Sequence record: SRR2962707_648
Length of the DNA: 43,895 bases
Direction: 5' to 3' (one strand)
Both the position numbers and the translations under genes were made by a program. The notes under the pieces were generated by a model, which was not told where the DNA came from, did no database searches, and saw only the letters and a list, made by a program, of their open reading frames with translations. This document shows, in pieces, positions 9,956 through 17,994 of the stretch (position 1 is its first letter; every line of letters starts with the position of its first letter).

Positions 9956-10059
9956 ACCTATGTGCCTCACTTAGTGGTGGTAGATTTATTTGTCTTTTCT
10001 CTCACATGCTTGTGGTGTTTGCATTAATAGCAAAGCACTAATGCAACCCTAAATGACAA

Positions 10060-11400
10060 TTACACATTCAATAGTAAATGCTCTCGTTCCCAAGAGCTGA
10101 TCACTTTATTGAAGGTTTCAAACTCAGTACGTTTCACCCCTATGTAGGCATCAACGAATTGCTGTCCCATGATGTTACAAATTTCAGGGCAATCCTCTAA
10201 TAGACGCAAGGCCTCTTCTAGGGTTCGTGCCAACTCAATTTCTTCGATTTCGATGGCCGCCTCTTCACCAGACGGTTCTGTCGGACGAAGCTTTTCTTTT
10301 ATTCCTAAATAACCACACGCCAAACTCGTCGCAATGGCTAAGTAAGGGTTGCAATCTGAGCCCGGGAAACGGTTTTCTATGCGGAACGCCTCTGGCGACG
10401 ATACCGGTATACGCAAGCCTGCGGTTCTATCATCAACTCCCCATTTCATATTCACAGGAGCGGCCATTTCTGGTGCAAAACGACGATATGAATTGACATT
10501 GGGAGCAAAAAAGCTAATCGCATTTGGCGTGTATTTTTGCAATCCGCCTAAGTAGTTATAGAAGGATTCGCTGTATTTACCATTGTCATTAAAGATATTT
10601 TTACCGGTTTTAATATCAATAAGACTTTGGTGAATGTGCATGGCGCTACCAGGCTCATTTTGCATTGGCTTCGCCATAAAGGTGGCGTGTATATCATGTT
10701 TAATCGCCGTCTCACGCATTGTCCGCTTGAAGACAAAAACCTGATCCGCTAGATCCAGCGGGTCACCGTGAAGAAAGTTGATTTCCATCTGTGCCGCGCC
10801 GGATTCATGAATCAAGGTATCCACATCAAGATTCTGTGCTTCACAGTAGGCATATAAGGTATCGATAACAGGATTGAACTCATTCGCGGCATCGATGCTG
10901 TAAGAGCGACGCGCTGTTTCTCGACGACCAGAACGACCAGCAGCCGGTTTTAGTTCATAATCAGGATCGTTGTTTTTCTGGATCAGATAAAATTCCATTT
11001 CTGGCGCAATAACAGGTCGTAAGCCTTCTTTTTCAAATAAGGCCAATACGTGTCGTAAAATAGTTCGGCTCGCCAATGGGTGAGGGTTGCCCTCTGTATC
11101 AAAACAGTCATTAATTACTTGAGCCGTCGGTTCATCGGCCCAAGGAACAATCCGTAAGGTATTTGTATCGGGGATCAGTATCATGTCTCGGTCACGGGCA
11201 TCGACAATATCATAGTGGTTAGACGCCCAATCTCCCGTCACACTTTGCACGAGAACCGTTTCAGGCAAACGCCCTTCTTCTTCAGATAAAAACTTACGCG
11301 TTGGGTAAAACTTGCCACGAGCATTGCCCGTCATATCCGGCAGCGTAGACTCTATTTCTGTAATGGAATTTGCTTTAAGGAAATCCTCTAGGACACCCAT
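10060..11400 (-). CDS. puuA: Glutamine-synthetase-like gamma-glutamyl-polyamine ligase (PuuA/PauA/SpuB type)
   Basis: PDMTGNARGK, APEMEFYL, HESGAAQMEINF, TFMAKP, PGSAMHIHQS, NSYRRF and RIENRFPG motifs; next to potF and puuB. Confidence 0.88.
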   Translation of the reverse strand: MGVLEDFLKANSITEIESTLPDMTGNARGKFYPTRKFLSEEEGRLPETVLVQSVTGDWASNHYDIVDARDRDMILIPDTNTLRIVPWADEPTAQVINDCFDTEGNPHPLASRTILRHVLALFEKEGLRPVIAPEMEFYLIQKNNDPDYELKPAAGRSGRRETARRSYSIDAANEFNPVIDTLYAYCEAQNLDVDTLIHESGAAQMEINFLHGDPLDLADQVFVFKRTMRETAIKHDIHATFMAKPMQNEPGSAMHIHQSLIDIKTGKNIFNDNGKYSESFYNYLGGLQKYTPNAISFFAPNVNSYRRFAPEMAAPVNMKWGVDDRTAGLRIPVSSPEAFRIENRFPGSDCNPYLAIATSLACGYLGIKEKLRPTEPSGEEAAIEIEEIELARTLEEALRLLEDCPEICNIMGQQFVDAYIGVKRTEFETFNKVISSWEREHLLLNV

Positions 11401-11537
11401 ACATCACCTTTTGTAAAAATTAACTGTGAAATTTCCAATAAAAAAACTCTGTACGCCCTTCTCTATGTGCTTAGCGATCACAACCCAAAAGGTCGTCAGA
11501 GTCTTTCTTTCCTTTATATGATCAATTCATAAACCAA

Positions 11538-11559
11538 AAACCGAATCATCACTCGGTTT
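11538..11559. promoter_or_regulatory. Palindromic operator 1 in the puuA/puuB divergent region (candidate TetR site)
   Basis: AAACCGA-ATCATCAC-TCGGTTT, with perfect 7-bp arms. Confidence 0.6.
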
Positions 11560-11636
11560 AAACCCTATTTAATGATCACTTAAAAATCAACAAAAATTTA
11601 ATAAAAAGTCTATATACTCCTAAATATGGTTTTTTT

Positions 11637-11658
11637 TAATTGAATTATTATTCGGTTT
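11637..11658. promoter_or_regulatory. Degenerate operator 2 upstream of puuB
   Basis: TAATTGAATTATTATTCGGTTT, identical to operator 1 at 16 of 22 positions. Confidence 0.5.
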
Positions 11659-11732
11659 TAATTAGATTCCTCTGCATGTCATTTTATTTAACAAATTAAG
11701 ACAACTACTGTTACCAGTATTAAGGATAGGTT

Positions 11733-13016
11733 ATGAAAAACCACGGTTTTGAAGCGTCATATTACGCTAACACAGCGAATCAAACCCTGAGTTTTCCATC
11801 ATTAGGCGGCGATACTGACACCGATGTTTGTATCATAGGTGGTGGCTACACAGGATTGTCGGCCGCCCTTCACCTATCCGAAAAAGGCTTTCGTGTTACC
11901 TTACTAGAAGCGCATGTGATCGGCTCTGGGGCATCAGGCCGAAATGGCGGTCAAATTTGCCAAGGCCATAATATGAGCCATGCCGAGTTGAAAAAGAAAG
12001 CCGGTCAAGACACGGCGGACATATTGTGGCATTTGTCCGTTGAGTCGGTCGACTTAGTAAAGTCGCTGATCAAAGAGCACGATATAGATTGTGACTATAA
12101 ATCGGGGGTTTTACACGTGGCGTCCAAAGCCTCCCATGTAAAAGACATTAAAGACGCCGTCGACTACAAAAGAAACGTATTGGGTTACGATAAAATTGAC
12201 TATTTAGATGCCCAGTCCGTCGCCGAAAAACTGGGAACGACCCATTTCCACGGTGGTGAGTATTATCAAGACGGTGGCCACCTCCACCCTTTAAATTACG
12301 CGCTAGGTCTGGCCAAAGCCGCTAAAAGCAAAGGGGCGAATCTCTACGAAAGAACCAAGGTTATTGACTACCAAGCGGGGGATAATCCCTCTGTGCGCAC
12401 CGCAAAAGGCACGGTAAGAGCAAAATACCTTTTATTTGCCTGCAATGGTTATCTTGGCAATCTAAACCCAAATGCAGCCAAAAAGATGATGCCAATCAAT
12501 AACTTCATCCTAGCTACCGAGCCTTTACCTGAAGAAGTCTATAACCGAATTAACCCACAAGACGTGGCCGTCGCCGATTCAAAGTTTGTGATTAATTACT
12601 TCCGACTTTCTGCCGACAAACGCATGCTATGGGGCGGTGGTGAGAACTACAGCGCTCGCTTTCCAAAAGACATAGGGGCGTTTGTGCAAAAACACATGAT
12701 CGAGATTTATCCCGAGCTAAAAAAAGCCAATATCGACTTTAGTTGGGGAGGGACGCTCGCGATCACACTCAATCGCATGCCTTACTTTGGTCACCAAGAA
12801 AAAAATGTATTTTTAGCCCAGGGATATTCAGGTCATGGCGTCGCACTGGCGACATTAGGCGGCAAACTCATGGCCGAAGCCGTCAGTGGCACCGCCGAAC
12901 GATTTGATGTTTTCTCACAAATTCCAAGCGCTAATTTCCCTGGTGGTACCTTGTTGCGCTGGCCTGGGCTTGTCGCAGGCATGTTGTATTACTCATTACG
13001 AGACCGCTTATCCTAA
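11733..13016 (+). CDS. puuB: FAD-dependent gamma-glutamylputrescine oxidase (PuuB/PauB family)
   Basis: SYYA, DVCIIGGGYTGLSAAL, GASGRNGGQ, HLHPLNYALGLA, YFRLSADKRMLWGG, QGYSGHGVA and FPGG motifs. Confidence 0.88.
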   Translation: MKNHGFEASYYANTANQTLSFPSLGGDTDTDVCIIGGGYTGLSAALHLSEKGFRVTLLEAHVIGSGASGRNGGQICQGHNMSHAELKKKAGQDTADILWHLSVESVDLVKSLIKEHDIDCDYKSGVLHVASKASHVKDIKDAVDYKRNVLGYDKIDYLDAQSVAEKLGTTHFHGGEYYQDGGHLHPLNYALGLAKAAKSKGANLYERTKVIDYQAGDNPSVRTAKGTVRAKYLLFACNGYLGNLNPNAAKKMMPINNFILATEPLPEEVYNRINPQDVAVADSKFVINYFRLSADKRMLWGGGENYSARFPKDIGAFVQKHMIEIYPELKKANIDFSWGGTLAITLNRMPYFGHQEKNVFLAQGYSGHGVALATLGGKLMAEAVSGTAERFDVFSQIPSANFPGGTLLRWPGLVAGMLYYSLRDRLS

Positions 13017-13067
13017 CCTTATGACTAAGGTACAATAGCGCCGCCCTGCACCCATAAAGGTCTAACA

Positions 13068-13733
13068 ATGCCGAACAAAAGCAAAACACCAAAAGTGACT
13101 CTAGAAGACAGCCAAAAGCAAGATCTAGCGCCACGCAATGAGCCAGTACAAAGCCGTTCTATTCGTCGCTCAAAACAGATTATTGATGTGACCGGCGAAC
13201 TATTAGAGCGAGTCGGCTTAGATGACCTCAATACCATTATCATTGCCAAAGAAGTGGGCATTTCTATTGGCTCTTTGTACCACTATTTCCCCAACAAATA
13301 CGCCATCTTGTACGCTATGGGCAGCCGTTGGTTAGAAAGCATAGATACCGTGTTTAATGAGGTACAGAAATGGCCCCTAGAAGAATTAGAAGTCGATGAC
13401 TTAATCGATAAAATTTTGGCTATTCATCTAAAAACCTATAAAAAACAAAAAGCTATTTTAACGCTAGTGCAAGCCATGTTTTCCGTTAAGGAGCTGCGTG
13501 AGCTGGATGAAAAGCACGACGAGCTTGTTATTAACCAGATGTCTGAAGTTTTCAAGCGCATTGGTCTACAACGCCATATTCGTGAAAGAGAGCGTATTGC
13601 CCGCCTCTACCTTGAAGTGACACACAGTACTTTTCTCGTGGTTGTTAACCAAAATGAAAACCGCGCAAAGCGCACTCTCAATGATCTAAAAAGAATGATT
13701 GAAAGCCTTTTAGCCCACCATCTTAGCAACTAG
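13068..13733 (+). CDS. TetR/AcrR-family transcriptional regulator
   Basis: PVQSRS N-terminus and HTH IAKEVGISIGSLYHYFPNKYAIL. Confidence 0.93.
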   Translation: MPNKSKTPKVTLEDSQKQDLAPRNEPVQSRSIRRSKQIIDVTGELLERVGLDDLNTIIIAKEVGISIGSLYHYFPNKYAILYAMGSRWLESIDTVFNEVQKWPLEELEVDDLIDKILAIHLKTYKKQKAILTLVQAMFSVKELRELDEKHDELVINQMSEVFKRIGLQRHIRERERIARLYLEVTHSTFLVVVNQNENRAKRTLNDLKRMIESLLAHHLSN

Positions 13734-13921
13734 CAAGAGCGCTAAGATGGCCGTTTTTCTGCGTTAAAAAACAGGTGTTTGTTTTATATACAATACATTC
13801 TATATTTTTTCTTATTCTTATTTCTGCCATATTTCTATTTTTTAACCATAAAATAGCTTTTAAACCAATTACTTATCGCAAAAAATAAGGAATAAAGAGA
13901 CAAAAAGAATTGTCCTATTTG

Positions 13922-13938
13922 TGAGATTTTGAATCTCA
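13922..13938. promoter_or_regulatory. Inverted repeat upstream of the efflux operon (candidate LysR site)
   Basis: TGAGATT-TTG-AATCTCA, about 90 nt before the emrA-like start. Confidence 0.4.
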
Positions 13939-14026
13939 TTTTTCGAGATTGCCCTCCCCAACCAATCCTTTTACTCTAGGCGCCCTTACCCTCTTCTAGA
14001 CTATATTCCACGAGCACAAAGAGCGC

Positions 14027-15169
14027 ATGACCAAGATCGAAAAACACACCCTTAAAAAGAAAAATACACTCGTTCTATTATCCTTTTTGAGCATAATAAG
14101 CGGTGTCGGGCTATATTTTTGGTGGTCATTACTAGGCCAATTTCACGAAACAACAGAAGATGCTTATGTTGCTGGAGATATCGTTAGCGTGATGTCTCAA
14201 GTATCCGGGACTGTCACAGATATCATGGCGGACAATACCCGCCAAGTACATCAAGCCGACACCCTAGTCCAGATCAATCCACTGGATGCCCAATTAACGC
14301 TGCAGCAGTCGCAAGCAAATCTTGCCAGCACCATCCGTATGGTGCGTAATGAATTTGCCACATTAGAAGAAGAAAAAGCCAATGTCGATGTTGCTTATGA
14401 AGCCTTGGACAAGGCTAAACATGATTACCAGCGCCGCATTCAACTGCGCAAAGACAATCTTATTTCTGCCGAAGATTTAAGCCACTATAAAAGCACCTTT
14501 ACCAGTGCTAAAGCCTCCTATCACGCTGCGCTAAAAGCGTATGATGCAGGCAAAACACAAGTAGACAACACCACGGTACTCACTCACCCTGATGTATTAA
14601 AGGCGGAGTCTGCATTACGTACCGCATGGCTTACCTTACACAGAACAAAAATCCTCGCACCAGTAGAGGGTTATATCGCACAACGTAGCGTGCAAGTTGG
14701 TCAGTACGTTAGCGCAGGTAGCAATTTAATGTCGGTCATCCCGCTCAAAGGCGTTTGGGTTACCGCGAACTTCAAAGAAACTCAAATTGGGAATATTCAC
14801 GCAGGTCAAGATGTCATTCTACAGTCGGATGTCTATGGTTCCCATGTTGTCTACCATGGAAAAGTACTGGGCATTGAGCCCGGAACGGGGAGCGCCTTTT
14901 CCTTACTGCCATCATCTAATGCAACGGGAAATTGGATAAAGGTTGTACAGCGCGTTCCTGTCAGAATCGTATTAAACGAAACAGAGCTTGAACAACACCC
15001 ACTTCGGCCTGGGCTTTCAATGCATGTGGACGTCAATACAGAAAATGCTGGTAAGCCAGCATTAGGTACGCTTTCTGGTAACCCCCAACCATGGCGTACG
15101 AATATCTTTGATCATAACGATAAGGAAGTCGACGCTATTATCCAAAAGATCATTAAAGACAACGTTTAA
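14027..15169 (+). CDS. emrA: EmrA/HlyD-family efflux periplasmic adaptor
   Basis: N-terminal TM; ETTEDAYVAG, WVTANFKETQI and GTGSAFSLLPSSNATGNWIKVVQRVPVRI motifs. Confidence 0.93.
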   Translation: MTKIEKHTLKKKNTLVLLSFLSIISGVGLYFWWSLLGQFHETTEDAYVAGDIVSVMSQVSGTVTDIMADNTRQVHQADTLVQINPLDAQLTLQQSQANLASTIRMVRNEFATLEEEKANVDVAYEALDKAKHDYQRRIQLRKDNLISAEDLSHYKSTFTSAKASYHAALKAYDAGKTQVDNTTVLTHPDVLKAESALRTAWLTLHRTKILAPVEGYIAQRSVQVGQYVSAGSNLMSVIPLKGVWVTANFKETQIGNIHAGQDVILQSDVYGSHVVYHGKVLGIEPGTGSAFSLLPSSNATGNWIKVVQRVPVRIVLNETELEQHPLRPGLSMHVDVNTENAGKPALGTLSGNPQPWRTNIFDHNDKEVDAIIQKIIKDNV

Positions 15170-15171
15170 CC

Positions 15172-16737
15172 ATGATTAGACGCATTGCTCAGCACAGATA
15201 CGTGCCCGATTTGTCCCATGAGTGGTTAATGGTTACGACTATTTTTCTGCTTATGATCATTAACTTCTTGCAAGTGGGAATGATCGCCTTTGCGGCATCT
15301 CCTCTGATGGGAGAGTTAGGGGTATCACCTCAAGAGTACAGTCTAACGTCTGCAGCTTATGCTGCGGTGGCGATTGTGACTATTTCCAAACAACGCTGGT
15401 TAGTTGAGAGAATGGGATGGAAGCGTTACATATTAACTTCAATCCTCATCTTTTTTCTGGGTTGTAGCGTCTGCTTTAGTAGCCGAAATTTTAGTCAGTT
15501 CTTGATTGGACATATCATTATGGGAATTGGGGGTGCGGCCTTTATGAGTGGCGCTCGCACTATGATCACTCTGTTTCCTGCAGGCCCTTTACGCTTTAAA
15601 GGCTTAAAAGGCTATGTCTATGGCTTAACCATTGGGATGGCGCTGTCGCCTTTTCTGTCAGCCTGTTTGTTTATTTACGCTTCTTGGAATTATCTGTTTC
15701 TTGTTCTAATGGGGCTCTGTATTTTAGCGGCTGCGAGTGCATCATTTTGCCTTCCTGGCATTCCCCCTAAAGAAGCACTGCGTAGCCAATCTCACCCTTA
15801 TTTTTTGATGGCACTTGCCACTGGCTCATTTTTAACCCTCTACGCATTAGACTCAGGAAGCTATGAGTTTTACAGCAACACCATCCTAGTCAGCGTCATT
15901 TTACTCTTGGGGTTAACCAGTATTTATTATTTTTTTCGTAGCATGATACGCCACCAGCATGCAGCACCGCTGCTTTCTATGAAGCCGCTACTGGATAATA
16001 AGAGATTTCGTTCTGGCATATTAGTATTTTTTCTTTGCTACTTAATCATGGGATCTAATAGCTATTTTTTGCCTCAGGTATTGGAAAAAGGATTAGGCTT
16101 TGGTTGGGGCACTGTTGGCACTTGGTATAGCCTAGGGTTAACATCCATGGTGATTGGCGCCTGGGTTCAGTTAAAATGCCTTCCTAAAAGCCCCAATGGC
16201 AAAAAGTACTTCCTCATTGGTTTTTCCTGTATCTGTGCATACGGCTACCTGATGTCACGCCTATCTTCTAGCACAGACATTCAAACCTATATCCTGCCAT
16301 GTATTGTGCTATACGGTGTGTTCGGCATTTTTCTGCAAGCAACTGCCGCTGCGAAAACATTTGGCGAATTAGAAAACAATGAAGTGATGTTTTCACACGG
16401 CCAACAATTTAAAAATATGATCTCCCAAATCGGCCAATCTATGGGGGTTGCGCTGGCCAGTATTGGGTTACAATGGCGCACCACCGTTCATTATGATTTG
16501 CTCAATGATCGCGTTACCAGCCACAACCCCATTTACCAAAAAACCTTAGCGCAAGTCGCTGACCAATATGCCAAGCACACGGATTCAGCGGTGGCGCAAA
16601 AAATGGCCTTTAGCTGGATCGAAAGTTTACTCAATGAACAATCTATATTGTTAGCTGGGATTGATTATTTCACTTTGCTGTTTTTTGTTGGCATCATTGG
16701 TTTTGTGATTATGCTCATTCAAAAACGACTTAATTAA
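15172..16737 (+). CDS. Divergent DHA2/EmrB-like MFS efflux transporter
   Basis: 521 aa, highly hydrophobic; WLVERMGWKR motif-A-like loop; large periplasmic loop before the last TM as in EmrB; 2 nt after emrA. Confidence 0.85.
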   Translation: MIRRIAQHRYVPDLSHEWLMVTTIFLLMIINFLQVGMIAFAASPLMGELGVSPQEYSLTSAAYAAVAIVTISKQRWLVERMGWKRYILTSILIFFLGCSVCFSSRNFSQFLIGHIIMGIGGAAFMSGARTMITLFPAGPLRFKGLKGYVYGLTIGMALSPFLSACLFIYASWNYLFLVLMGLCILAAASASFCLPGIPPKEALRSQSHPYFLMALATGSFLTLYALDSGSYEFYSNTILVSVILLLGLTSIYYFFRSMIRHQHAAPLLSMKPLLDNKRFRSGILVFFLCYLIMGSNSYFLPQVLEKGLGFGWGTVGTWYSLGLTSMVIGAWVQLKCLPKSPNGKKYFLIGFSCICAYGYLMSRLSSSTDIQTYILPCIVLYGVFGIFLQATAAAKTFGELENNEVMFSHGQQFKNMISQIGQSMGVALASIGLQWRTTVHYDLLNDRVTSHNPIYQKTLAQVADQYAKHTDSAVAQKMAFSWIESLLNEQSILLAGIDYFTLLFFVGIIGFVIMLIQKRLN

Positions 16738-16759
16738 CTTCTTTTTTATCAGGTAAAAC

Positions 16760-17695
16760 ATGGATTTTAATGACATCTACTACTTTTACCTTACCGCAGA
16801 AAACCGTGGTTTCACCGCAGCAGAACGCGCTTCAGGTATTACTAAATCACTGCTAAGTCGACGTGTGGCTCAGCTTGAAGAAAAAGTCGGTGTGCAATTA
16901 ATTCAACGTAATAGCCGTCAATTTTCCCTCACTGAAGCGGGTCGACAGTTATACGAAGGTGCCATTAACATGGTGTCAGAAGGCAAGTCTGCGTATGACT
17001 CTGTGGCGCTTTTACGCTCCGAGCCATCGGGTATAGTAAAGGTCAGTTGCCCCACCGTTTTAGCACAACATCATTTATCTCTATTGCTGCCTGATTTTAT
17101 GCGGCAATATCCTAAAATCTGCGTGTCTCTTGACGCCACAGATCGACACGTTCAAGTGATTGAAGAAGGGATCGATATTGCACTACGCTCAACAAAATCA
17201 ATTGATAACGAGCCTGGTTTAATCACAAGAGCATTAGCTACGACCAAAATGATTCTGGTTGCTAGTCCTAGTTTTATCGAGCAATACGGCACTCCGACTC
17301 ACCCTAATCAATTGGTACGAATGCCAACTCTCTGCAACGAGATAGAGCGGCGAGAAAGTGAATATAAGTGGGAATTATTCGGTCCTGAAGGCAGTCATTG
17401 TATTATCAAGCATCATCCTAGACTGTTCTGCTTTAATCGCTGGGTGCAATTAGAATCCGCCGTTCAAGGCATTGGTTTAGGCTTGCTGCCAAACCCAGTG
17501 GCCGCGCACAGTTTAGAAAACGGGAAGCTGCTCCATGTACTGCCTGAGTGGACAACGAAAGCTCAAGTTATCTACGCTGTGTTTTCAAAAAGAAAAGGCA
17601 TGAACCCTGCTTCACGTGCCTTCTTAGATTACCTTATTTTGCATTTGCCTGAAATTTTAACCGCGCCATCCTTTGATAATAATTTTTTCACATAA
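16760..17695 (+). CDS. LysR-family regulator (CrgA/DmlR-like)
   Basis: GFTAAERASGITKSLLSRRVAQLEEKVGVQLIQRNSR HTH; EEGIDIALR. Confidence 0.94.
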   Translation: MDFNDIYYFYLTAENRGFTAAERASGITKSLLSRRVAQLEEKVGVQLIQRNSRQFSLTEAGRQLYEGAINMVSEGKSAYDSVALLRSEPSGIVKVSCPTVLAQHHLSLLLPDFMRQYPKICVSLDATDRHVQVIEEGIDIALRSTKSIDNEPGLITRALATTKMILVASPSFIEQYGTPTHPNQLVRMPTLCNEIERRESEYKWELFGPEGSHCIIKHHPRLFCFNRWVQLESAVQGIGLGLLPNPVAAHSLENGKLLHVLPEWTTKAQVIYAVFSKRKGMNPASRAFLDYLILHLPEILTAPSFDNNFFT

Positions 17696-17810
17696 GCTTG
17701 GTTACACTGTGTGTTCTATATGTGTGTTTGTGTAAAAAATGTGGATTTCGATCAATCCTCATGGTTTAGTGTCTCTCAGCACTCGAACACCACTTTCAAG
17801 GAGAACAGCG

Positions 17811-17930
17811 ATGGAAAACTTTATTTTAGACGATGCGCTTAACTTAGCCGCGCTGGCTATCATGCTAGGTAGCTTTGCCGTTCTGGCGGTAACAAACGTA
17901 GTCCATGTGATTAAAAACCGCGTCGCTTAA
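17811..17930 (+). CDS. Small 39-aa single-pass membrane protein, unknown function
   Basis: AAGGAG Shine-Dalgarno 7 nt before ATG 17811; MENFILDDALNLAALAIMLGSFAVLAVTNVVHVIKNRVA; followed by a terminator. Confidence 0.7.
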   Translation: MENFILDDALNLAALAIMLGSFAVLAVTNVVHVIKNRVA

Positions 17931-17942
17931 TAACGAATCTAT

Positions 17943-17972
17943 AAGCTCTTTCGTCACACTGCGAAAGAGCTT
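17943..17972 (+). terminator. Intrinsic terminator between the small ORF and the kinase gene
   Basis: AAGCTCTTTCG-N8-CGAAAGAGCTT followed by T-rich sequence. Confidence 0.75.
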
Positions 17973-17994
17973 TGATTCTTTTCTTATTCCCCAC

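Noticed and set aside
10060-11400. Calling the GS-family gene glnA
   Set aside because: The sequence and the potF/puuB context fit gamma-glutamyl-amine ligases, and there is no ntrBC context.
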